The notes under the pieces were generated by a model, which worked only from the letters and a program-made list of their open reading frames with translations, had not been told where the DNA came from and ran no database searches. A program made the position numbers and the translations under genes. From Spirochaetia bacterium (GTDB lineage Bacteria; Spirochaetota; Spirochaetia; CADAEX01), in the NCBI GenBank assembly GCA_963662265.2, contig CAXXHA010000024.1, positions 1 through 64,000 of the forward strand: DNA of 64,000 nt, read 5' to 3'. The number at the start of each line of letters is the position of its first letter. Position 1 is the stretch's first letter. Of the stretch, positions 37,460 through 55,640 are shown piece by piece.

Positions 37460-38533
37460 ATGAGTAATAAAGTAGTTTTGACATCTACCGATCTTGATGG
37501 GTACCTGACAGAAAAAGATCATGAATTATTATCAAAAATGAACAGCTATTACAGTGAAGCTGTAAAGATTTTCAAATCAATATCATCCAATAAAGATGAA
37601 GAACCGACAGCTGAAGACTGTGAGCAGATGATTGATATATTCAATACCATGGGTGAATTCATGAAAGAGATTGTTGCAAATGAAAATCGAATCAGTGTTT
37701 ATTCATTTGAAACACCAACTTCAATTCACGGGGAAGCTTCCCGTCTTATTGCGAAACTCAGGGATGTGAATACAAAGCACGGTGAATTTCTTTACTATAC
37801 ACAGAGGGCGTATGAGCTTCTGTTTAACCTTTCACTCTATGGAGATGATCAGAGTAAGAAAAATTATCTGATTGTGAAAACACCTGTTGATAATCCTGTT
37901 CAGAATTATGCAGTTCACAAGATACCGAATATTGATGAAGACCTTAAAGACAGTGTCATGTGCGTAATGCTGAGGGGCGCTCTTCTGCCGTCAATTATCA
38001 TGTCTAAGGAAATTCAGGAATATTCAACAGATAATTATATTACCCCTTTTGCTCTCTTTAAAATCAAACGGGATGATTCAAAAAAAGAAAGCAATATGGA
38101 ATATATACTGGACCTTGACAGGTCATATTTTGATCTTGAATCAATGAACGGAAAAGACCTTATTTTTGCAGATCCTATGAATGCAACAGGGGGAAGTTTT
38201 GTTACAATTATGAAATATCTGATGGAGCAGGGGGTTAAACCCAGATCTGTTAAATTTTTCAATGTAATATCATCTCTAAAGGGAACTCTGAGGATTGTCA
38301 GGGCGCTTGAGAATGTTACAGTGTATACATTGTGGATGGACCCTGTTATGAATGATCTTGCCTATATCCTTCCGGGTCTCGGAGATGCTGGAGACAGGCT
38401 TAATGGCGAGGATGCTGAAGATCACCCCAGAAATATAATTCAGCTGATAGCTGATTATGGTTCAGATATATCTGAACTCTACAGGTCACAGGTGAGAAAG
38501 ATTGAAGAAACAGTACTTTCTGTTGCTGAATAA
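37460..38533 (+). CDS. upp: Uracil phosphoribosyltransferase-like protein, long form
   Basis: KLRDVNT, VKTPV, VMLRGAL, FADPMNATGGS and YILPGLGDAGDR; about 80-aa N-terminal and about 40-aa C-terminal extensions. Confidence 0.75.
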   Translation: MSNKVVLTSTDLDGYLTEKDHELLSKMNSYYSEAVKIFKSISSNKDEEPTAEDCEQMIDIFNTMGEFMKEIVANENRISVYSFETPTSIHGEASRLIAKLRDVNTKHGEFLYYTQRAYELLFNLSLYGDDQSKKNYLIVKTPVDNPVQNYAVHKIPNIDEDLKDSVMCVMLRGALLPSIIMSKEIQEYSTDNYITPFALFKIKRDDSKKESNMEYILDLDRSYFDLESMNGKDLIFADPMNATGGSFVTIMKYLMEQGVKPRSVKFFNVISSLKGTLRIVRALENVTVYTLWMDPVMNDLAYILPGLGDAGDRLNGEDAEDHPRNIIQLIADYGSDISELYRSQVRKIEETVLSVAE

Positions 38534-39428
38534 AATACTTATATTGCTGATAACCTCCGGTATGATAATCTCATGTGCCGGAGGGCTTTCCAGGCGGGAA
38601 TCTGCCCGCGTCTATTATAATCTTGGAAATGCATATTTTGACCTTGGAAAGAATGAAGAAGCTTCATCAGCTTATCTGAGAGCTCTGGAATTTGATGATA
38701 AGCTGAAGGTTGCCTCATTTAACCTTGCAAGGTCCTATGTTGAGGCAGGTAAATATTCAGAAGCTTTAAGGCTTCTCGATAAAATGCTTGAAAAAGATGA
38801 GGAAAATACACTTGTTCATTCTGCCAAAGGATATTGCCTTTTCAGGTTTGGTGATTATGACAAGGCTGCGGCAAGTTACCTCAATGTACTTGAGATAAAT
38901 CCTGCCGATCAGAATGCACTTTTTAATTATGCCCTTATAATGGCTGAACTTGAAAACTATGATGCTGCGATAGAGAAGCTGGCCGAGCTTAAGAATGCAA
39001 ATCCTTCAGATGATAATCTTGTAAGGAAAATTGATTTTGCTGTCGGGCGTGTTTATTTTCTTCAGGACAACCATGATAAAGCTCTTGAATATTTTGAATC
39101 TGTTTATGAGAAAGACCCCGAACATGGAGAAACTGCTGATTTCCTTTTCAGGATATATAAATCAAAACAGTATTATGGAAAAATGGTTGCTGTCGGCAAA
39201 AAATTACTGGAATTGGGCAAAGCTGATAAGGAAACCCTTTATGATATCAGTATGGTTCTGCTTCTTGAAATTGAAGACAGTGAGCAGGGTGTTGAGTTTT
39301 TCGGAAAAACTATTGATGCAGGTTTTGATAATGAAGGTGAAATAAATAAGATTCTTGAGGGGGTAAATCCCTCTTTGAAAAAAGAGCTTGAAAAAATACT
39401 TCAAAACAGAAAAGATTCAGACGATTAA
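38502..39428 (+). CDS. TPR lipoprotein
   Basis: Lipobox IISC; YYNLGNAYFDLG and further TPR repeats. Confidence 0.8.
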   Translation: MKKQYFLLLNKILILLITSGMIISCAGGLSRRESARVYYNLGNAYFDLGKNEEASSAYLRALEFDDKLKVASFNLARSYVEAGKYSEALRLLDKMLEKDEENTLVHSAKGYCLFRFGDYDKAAASYLNVLEINPADQNALFNYALIMAELENYDAAIEKLAELKNANPSDDNLVRKIDFAVGRVYFLQDNHDKALEYFESVYEKDPEHGETADFLFRIYKSKQYYGKMVAVGKKLLELGKADKETLYDISMVLLLEIEDSEQGVEFFGKTIDAGFDNEGEINKILEGVNPSLKKELEKILQNRKDSDD

Positions 39429-39470
39429 TAAATAGGGCTTTATATTTAAACAACAATGAAGGGAGTATTT

Positions 39471-39935
39471 ATGAATAAAAAACTTGTTATTCTTATATTA
39501 TTGCTTGCAGCTTCAGTTCTTTCTGTATCGGCTGAACCGGGCGGGGAAAAAAGGCTTGGATTCGGTTTTGGAGTTCCAAATACAGTATTTATTTTTCAGG
39601 GCGGGCCATATGACCTTAAAATCGGATATGATTTTACAGAAGGGGATGAGTATATGTTTCTCGGCGGTTCTTATATGCTTATCAATTCAAGGCCTATGTT
39701 TGAGAATGTTACAGGAACAATGGCAATAGGTTTATTCGGGAGAATTGCTTTTGGTGATAATGATGATGATTTTATCGGAGGTATGAATATTCCGCTGTCG
39801 GCAGAAATAGCGTTTATTGACAATTTTCTGGAATTTTTTGTAACAGTAGCTCCGGGAATTGAACTTTATCCCAAACCAGCCTTTACCAAGGAAGCTATAA
39901 ATGCCTGGGCCGGTTTTACAATAATGATTGACTGA
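39471..39935 (+). CDS. Exported protein, probable small outer-membrane beta-barrel
   Basis: Signal peptide; alternating Gly/aromatic beta-strand pattern (LGFGFGVP, LEFFVTVAPGI, WAGFTIM). Start at ATG 39471 behind GGAG. Confidence 0.55.
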   Translation: MNKKLVILILLLAASVLSVSAEPGGEKRLGFGFGVPNTVFIFQGGPYDLKIGYDFTEGDEYMFLGGSYMLINSRPMFENVTGTMAIGLFGRIAFGDNDDDFIGGMNIPLSAEIAFIDNFLEFFVTVAPGIELYPKPAFTKEAINAWAGFTIMID

Positions 39936-39955
39936 TAATTATAAAATATATTTAC

Positions 39956-39989
39956 AATCCGTCAGGCTTATGCATGACGGATTTTTTTT
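39956..39989 (+). terminator. Intrinsic terminator
   Basis: AATCCGTCA-ggcttatgca-TGACGGATT followed by a T run. Confidence 0.8.
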
Positions 39990-40039
39990 CATTAATTTTT
40001 GTTACTGTGTCGTTATATAACTGCTAAAAATAAGCTGTT

Positions 40040-40834
40040 TCAGTTGTAAACAAAATATGATGTAATTTTATTTATTGTATTTTTTATGTTTTCCACCGGG
40101 AATTCGAGATATGTTTCCGGGAAACTGTTTTTCAGGTAATTTATAATTTCCCTGTAGTTTCCGACTTTCGTATTTATTGCTGACACTGTGTCAATTTTTT
40201 TGTAATCAGGGCATCCGCAAATCATGCAGTGTGTTTTGCCTTCAAAATCAGGTTCAGAAAAAGAATTTATACTTGAGCATTCATCGCAGCGTATAATTTC
40301 ATCTTCCCTGTAATTTTCTCTTCTGTTTTTTATATTTACTATCAGGTCTATTTTCTGTTTCTTTGTAAATTCTTCAACAAATTCATACTCATAACTGTTG
40401 CAGAGAAGTATGAAGAAATCTCCGTTATTTTCGTTGTCTTTGAGCTTCTCAATTTCGTAAAATACATTATTTGCAGTAAGGTTTTGTTCTCTCTTTATTT
40501 TTTCAGTCATGAGAACAGGCAGTTTTAAGACTTTTGACAGGCGGTGTGCAAGAACTTCATTGTTTATTACAGGGTCCCCTGTAACTATTATTTTATATGG
40601 TGTGGTTTTGATATATGGGTAACCTTTTTTATTAAGACTGAATATCATTCTGCATTTAACAGAGCAGAATTTATTATTAACTGATTCAGATAGAAAATAG
40701 TTGCCGCAGGTTTTGCATATGCTGTATTTGCGGCTGCATTCTGATGAACAGATATTGTTTCTGTTTTTCAGCTGAGTTTTAATAAATTTTCCACAATTTG
40801 TACAATTTTTAAAATTTATTGCAAGATCTGTCAT
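40040..40834 (-). CDS. Hypothetical protein: two Cys4 Zn-finger repeats plus a degenerate adenylate-kinase-like domain
   Basis: CTNCG...CSSEC and CKTCG...CSVKC; KIIVTGDPVINNEVLAHRLSKVLKLPVL; lid-like RCDEC...CMICG. Confidence 0.55.
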   Translation of the reverse strand: MTDLAINFKNCTNCGKFIKTQLKNRNNICSSECSRKYSICKTCGNYFLSESVNNKFCSVKCRMIFSLNKKGYPYIKTTPYKIIVTGDPVINNEVLAHRLSKVLKLPVLMTEKIKREQNLTANNVFYEIEKLKDNENNGDFFILLCNSYEYEFVEEFTKKQKIDLIVNIKNRRENYREDEIIRCDECSSINSFSEPDFEGKTHCMICGCPDYKKIDTVSAINTKVGNYREIINYLKNSFPETYLEFPVENIKNTINKITSYFVYN

Positions 40835-41199
40835 ATAATTAATATATACATTTTTTATAAAAAAAAGCCAGTAAAAAGGTTGACTAAATAAGGTAAAATA
40901 GGTATCTTGATTTCCGCAAGTCAGATAAAGAAAGTTTTTTACAGCTTTTCATTGGTTTTGATTTGAATATTTACATTGAAATATTTGTTACACCTCCGGT
41001 TTGACATCTTACTGGGATGATAATGATTCTTTCGTTGTAGATTAGATCTGTTACAGTTTTTTTTGGATAAATTATATTGAAATATTTACTGCTAAATTGT
41101 TTCTTTGTAAGGATTTATTTAAATTTTTAGCATGTTGAAATCTTTTTTGATAAAGATGGAGTGCTTGAAAAAATAAAAAAAACTTTTTACCGAAACTGG

Positions 41200-41228
41200 T
41201 TGACAGAGAAAAGAGTAAATGATAAAAC
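41200..41228 (+). promoter_or_regulatory. rRNA operon 1 promoter (identical copy at 47088)
   Basis: TTGACA-17 bp-TAAAAC with extended TG and an A/T-tract UP element; boxA-like GTTCTTT at about 41368. Confidence 0.65.
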
Positions 41229-41506
41229 ATTAGAGCATTTGGCACGGAAGTTGCTTGATGCTTAAAAAATAAAAAGCAGAAGCTTGAAGTGAAAACTTGA
41301 AGCGGAAGCGAATGCCGATCTTAACGTCATTCATGGCTGATCGGATTTTCGGGCTTGGTGCCTGAGTAGTTCTTTTTAAATAATGAATAGAGAAGGGACC
41401 TGAAGCGGGTCAAAAAGTTAATTTTTGACAGTTTTAATCTTTTGATAAGAGTAAAGCTGGGAAAAAACCAAAATTGTAACTAACGTTCTTCGGAACGTTG
41501 GAATAT

Positions 41507-43054
<1,548 letters not shown>

Positions 43055-43245
43055 AGAAAGGTAATTATCCAAATGTACTGGATACAGTAGTTCATTTATT
43101 TGAATTACAAAATTGGGTCTTTAATTAGATCCGGATCCGCTTCAGGAAACTTTTTTATATATAATGAGGAGAAATCCTCGGTACGGGTTAATACCCGGGT
43201 ATGGGCTGGTTGTAACCTTTAGTTACTGCTTGTTCATGCAATCAT

Positions 43246-43319
43246 GGGGGCATAGCTCAGTTGGCTAGAGCACCGGCTTTGCAAGCCGGGGGTCCGGGGT
43301 TCGAGTCCCCGTGCCTCCA
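43246..43319 (+). tRNA. tRNA-Ala(TGC) in ITS of operon 1
   Basis: Acceptor GGGGGCA/TGCCTCC with G3:U70; anticodon arm CCGGC-TTTGCAA-GCCGG. Confidence 0.95.
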
Positions 43320-43543
43320 AGAAAATAGTGGAAAACGAAAGTTAACTGCTTTTTTTTAAAGTAGAGAATGGAGATATTTGATATTTTTAGTTTTTACTTT
43401 TATATGAATCTGAAAGATTTTCTTTAGATTCATGTTTATAGCTGTGAAAACAGCAATGTTCTTTAATAGATAAACATTAACACATATAAGGATTTAGAAA
43501 TAAATCTGGTGTTTTTGATAAGAGAAGGGTTAAAAAATAATAT

Positions 43544-46530
<2,987 letters not shown>

Positions 46531-46795
46531 ATATTATTATTTAACTCATTCTCGAATCTTGATAAGCAATGGATGTGCTTGTACATACATTGCCGAAGCG
46601 AGGAAGGGTACTGCCGATAGGCAGCGACCTATTCTCAATTTTCTGTAAGTGTGGTGCTTTTAATACTTGTAGAGATAAAAACATAAAAAGCTTTTTGCTT
46701 TAGTTTTTAACTGAAAAAGGAGTTTTTAGGGTAATTTGATAAAGTTACTTGCAAACAATCCTGATAAATGTTAAAAACCTGAGTGAAAAAAATTA

Positions 46796-46905
<110 letters not shown>

Positions 46906-47394
46906 TTTTTTTTATCTTTTTTTTGTTTCTATATAAACGATACTGTAATTTTTCTGTTTTTAAATTATCCATATTCTGTTAAATCCGCAGTCATAAATGG
47001 AATAGTTTTTATTTTTTATAATATTTTTTCTGTTGAAAATGATAAGAAAAGATAAGATAAATAAAAAAAACTTTTTACCGAAACTGGTTGACAGAGAAAA
47101 GAGTAAATGATAAAACATTAGAGCATTTGGCACGGAAGTTGCTTGATGCTTAAAAAATAAAAAGCAGAAGCTTGAAGTGAAAACTTGAAGCGGAAGCGAA
47201 TGCCGATCTTAACGTCATTCATGGCTGATCGGATTTTCGGGCTTGGTGCCTGAGTAGTTCTTTTTAAATAATGAATAGAGAAGGGACCTGAAGCGGGTCA
47301 AAAAGTTAATTTTTGACAGTTTTAATCTTTTGATAAGAGTAAAGCTGGGAAAAAACCAAAATTGTAACTAACGTTCTTCGGAACGTTGGAATAT

Positions 47395-48942
<1,548 letters not shown>

Positions 48943-49183
48943 AGAAAGGTAATTATCCAAATGTACTGGATACAGTAGTTCATTTATTTGAATTACAAAA
49001 TTGGGTCTTTAATTAGATCCGGATCCGCTTCAGGAAACTTTTTTATATATAATGGGAGATTGTTGAGCAATAGTTTGTACAGTTGATCTCCATTTATGGG
49101 CTGGTCACAAATCTTTGATTTGCTGCCCGCCAACGAGTCGTACCGCAGGTGCTGCGCATCGGGGAACGATCTCGGATGCAAAT

Positions 49184-49257
<74 letters not shown>

Positions 49258-49396
49258 AAATGAATTATCTGAAAATGATAGTTCAGGCTTACAGCTGTGA
49301 AAACAGCAATGTTCTTTAATAGATAAACATTAACACATATAAGGATTTAGAAATAAATCTGGTGTTTTTGATAAGAGAAGGGTTAAAAAATAATAT

Positions 49397-52383
<2,987 letters not shown>

Positions 52384-52649
52384 ATATTATTATTTAACTC
52401 ATTCTCGAATCTTGATAAGCAATGGATGTGCTTGTACATACATTGCCGAAGCGAGGAAGGGTACTGCCGATAGGCAGCGACCTATTCTCAATTTTCTGTA
52501 AGTGTGGTGCTTTTAATACTTGCAGAGATAAAAACATAAAAAGCTTTTTGCTTTAGTTTTTAACTGAAAAAGGAGTTTTCAGGGTAATTTGATAAAGTTA
52601 CTTGCAAACAATCCTGATAAATGTTAAAAACCTGAGTGAAAAAAAATTA

Positions 52650-52759
<110 letters not shown>

Positions 52760-53213
52760 TTTTTTTTATTAATCTTCATTTACTTATTAACAACCAGTCC
52801 TGGAACAAATCCAGGTTGATTACATATTAATTAAACATATCACATCAATTATAATGATCTCATTCTTAAATACATATCTATTAAAAATATCACAACTTTG
52901 AGGAGCAGGTGCCCCCCTTATCACAGACTATGTTCGGAGAAAGACCTGTATTGAACCGTTGTAAAATAAAGAAAAATATGACACGAAGCGGGGGAAAAGA
53001 AATGTTTACTGTAAGCAAAAACAGCAAGCATAGAATAATAAATAAAATTACAAAATTATCTCACATCTACTAATAAAATTAAATAAAACATTTGAAAAGG
53101 CCCTTTTGGGTTCCAGATGTGTAAGTCTGAAACAGGAAGGATAAAAATATAGGTGAGTTATAATAAAAAAAATAGCCACATGCTGAATAGTTAAAGTATT
53201 ATAAAAATTAAAT

Positions 53214-53285
53214 GTCTCCTTCGTCTAGTGGTCAGGACTCCGGGTTCTCAGTCTGGTAACAGGGGGTCGAGTCCCCTCGGAGATA
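53214..53285 (+). tRNA. Degenerate tRNA-Glu(CTC), possible pseudo-tRNA
   Basis: 61/72 identical to tRNA-Glu(TTC) at 37221; anticodon CTC; T-loop GTCGA instead of TTCGA, T7-C66 mismatch and two G-U pairs in the anticodon stem. Confidence 0.7.
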
Positions 53286-53505
53286 AAAGGGCTGTTATTG
53301 TTAATAAGGAAGTCCTTTTTTATCCTGAAAATACTTCTAGTTATAAAAAATCATATTTTTTGACACATAAAAAGCCTTGTTTTTAGTCATATTCTGATGT
53401 TTTAGGAAAAAATTAATAGATACAGAAAGTTTGTAAACAACAAATTGCTGTAATATAATTATATATTAATAAAAAAGACAATAGAAAAACGAGGAGAATA
53501 GAAAA

Positions 53506-54630
53506 GTGTTGGAAAAAGAAAATCAAAGTAAAGTCCTTGTTATAGATGACGAAAGGGTGTTGAGAAGTTGTCTGAGGTATTATCTGGAAGATTTTGAATA
53601 CAATGTGATTGAAGCTGAAAATGGAAGAGAGGGGCTGGATAAAATACAAAATGAAAAGCCTGATGTTGTACTTACAGATCTCAGAATGCCTGAAGTGGAT
53701 GGACTTGAAGTACTTAAAAAAGGAAAAGAAATATATCCTGATTTGCCTGTAATAGTAATATCCGGAACAGGAAGGATTCATGATGTTGTAGAAGCTCTGC
53801 ATCTTGGAGCATGGGATTATATACTAAAACCTGTAGAAGATATGAGCGTTGTTGAGCATCTTGTAAGGAATGCTGTTGAACAGGTTAAACTGAAAAAAAG
53901 AAACAAAGAATATAAAGAACATCTGGAAGAACTAGTCAAAGAAAGAACAAAAAAACTTGAAGAAACTAATTATCAATTGGAATATTCACGAATGCAGATA
54001 ATTGCAATATTATCACAGGCAGCTGAATACAAGGACTTTGAAACAGGCAGCCACTTTATGAGGGTTGCATCTATGTCTGGGATAATTGCAAAAGGCTTGG
54101 ATTGGCCTGAAAGTGATATAAAATGTATAAAACTTGCATCTCCTGTACATGACATAGGCAAGATAGGGATTCCTGATGAAATATTGCTTAAACCGGGACC
54201 TCTTGAAAATAATGAATGGGAGGAAATGAAACAACACTGCATTTATGGTAAAAGCATACTGACAGGAAAAATATTACCAGATTTTATATCACTGACAGGG
54301 ATGGATAAAAAGGATAGTAAATGTAACTGCAACATGCTGGAAAATGCTGCATATATTGCCATGAGTCATCATGAACATTGGGATGGAAGTGGGTACCCAA
54401 ATAGAATCAGTGGAAACAATATACCGGTACAAGCAAGAGTAACAGCCGTGGCTGATGTCTTTGATGCTGTCAGAAGTAAAAGACCATACAAAGAGCCGTG
54501 GTCTGAAGATAGGAGTCTTGAATATATGCATGAGAACTCAGGTAAAAAATTCGATCCTGAAGTGGTTGAGGTTTTCTGTAGAAATATTGATGAAATAAGA
54601 AAGATCCGCCAGTTATACAGTGACGGTTAG
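53506..54630 (+). CDS. Response regulator with HD-GYP domain (RpfG-like c-di-GMP phosphodiesterase)
   Basis: Receiver VIDDE...TDLRMP...LKP; ETGSH, HDIGKIGIPD, HHEHWDGSGYP and ADVFDA..SKRPYK. Confidence 0.9.
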   Translation: MLEKENQSKVLVIDDERVLRSCLRYYLEDFEYNVIEAENGREGLDKIQNEKPDVVLTDLRMPEVDGLEVLKKGKEIYPDLPVIVISGTGRIHDVVEALHLGAWDYILKPVEDMSVVEHLVRNAVEQVKLKKRNKEYKEHLEELVKERTKKLEETNYQLEYSRMQIIAILSQAAEYKDFETGSHFMRVASMSGIIAKGLDWPESDIKCIKLASPVHDIGKIGIPDEILLKPGPLENNEWEEMKQHCIYGKSILTGKILPDFISLTGMDKKDSKCNCNMLENAAYIAMSHHEHWDGSGYPNRISGNNIPVQARVTAVADVFDAVRSKRPYKEPWSEDRSLEYMHENSGKKFDPEVVEVFCRNIDEIRKIRQLYSDG

Positions 54631-54639
54631 GAGGGGGGG

Positions 54640-55627
54640 ATGTTTAAAAAAGTTATAATATTTATATATTTAGTTTTTTCATTGATATTATTAATGTCAT
54701 GTTATAAAACAGATCAGAAAGACACAGAAATTGTTTCTATGCAACTGGGATTGAACAGGAGTGTTAAATCTGCACCTGTTGTAATTGCAGAGGAATCAGG
54801 TTTTTTTAAAAAAAATAATCTGGATGTTGTGCTGAATATAGAACCGTCAGCTATTAATATGATGGATAGTGTAATAAATGGAAAATATGATATTGTCTGT
54901 GTTCCTGAATTCCAGATAGTAAATTATTCATTTAATAATAATGATTTCTGCATTATTGCTGTATTGAACAGAAACCAGAGCCGGTCTCTTATTATGAATA
55001 ATGATGTATTGAAATCTCCTGCCGAACTTGCTGGAACACGAATTGGTCTTGCAGGTAACAGTGCAGGTGAATTATACATTATACAGATTGCTTGTATTTA
55101 ATAATATTGAATATAATTCTGTTGAAATTATATATAAAAAACCAAAAGAACTGCCTTCAGCACTTGCAAGGGGAGAGGTCGATTCCATTATTGTCTGGTT
55201 CCCATTTACCTATGATGCAGTAAAAAAGCTTGGTGATAAGGCTTCTGTTGTTAATGCACAGCTTGGAAGAGACATGTACTGGCTTCTGGTTACAAGAAAA
55301 GAATGGGCAGAAAAAAACAGTAATGCAGTTAAAGCGTTTCTCGGAGCACTTGAAAAGAGTTATGGTGTCATAAATAGTAATCCGGATGTAGCACAGGAAA
55401 TCACTTATCAATATTTGTCTCTTGATCCGGATGCTGTAAGAAACGAATGGAAAGAATATCTTTTTTATCTTGAATTGCCTCAAAGCCTTATTCTTGCCAT
55501 GGAACAGGAAGGTGACTGGAAAAAAAAGCAATTATCAGGAAATCCTGTAATTCCGGATTTTACAGATATAATAGACTGTAGTTATCTTGATGAACTTTTT
55601 CCTGAAAGGGTAACTATTATAAGGTAA
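54640..55627 (+). pseudogene. NMT1/SsuA-like solute-binding lipoprotein split by a +1 frameshift (error or real lesion)
   Basis: Lipobox LMSC and APVVIAEESGFFKKNNLDV; removing one T at about 55072 joins LAGNSAGE to YTLYRLL...ALARGEVDSIIVWFP. Confidence 0.75.
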
Positions 55628-55640
55628 CAGGAAGATAACT

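Noticed and set aside
52770-53210. 440-bp region after 5S-2 with short C and G runs
   Set aside because: No convincing ORF, repeat, IS end or RNA motif was found by eye.
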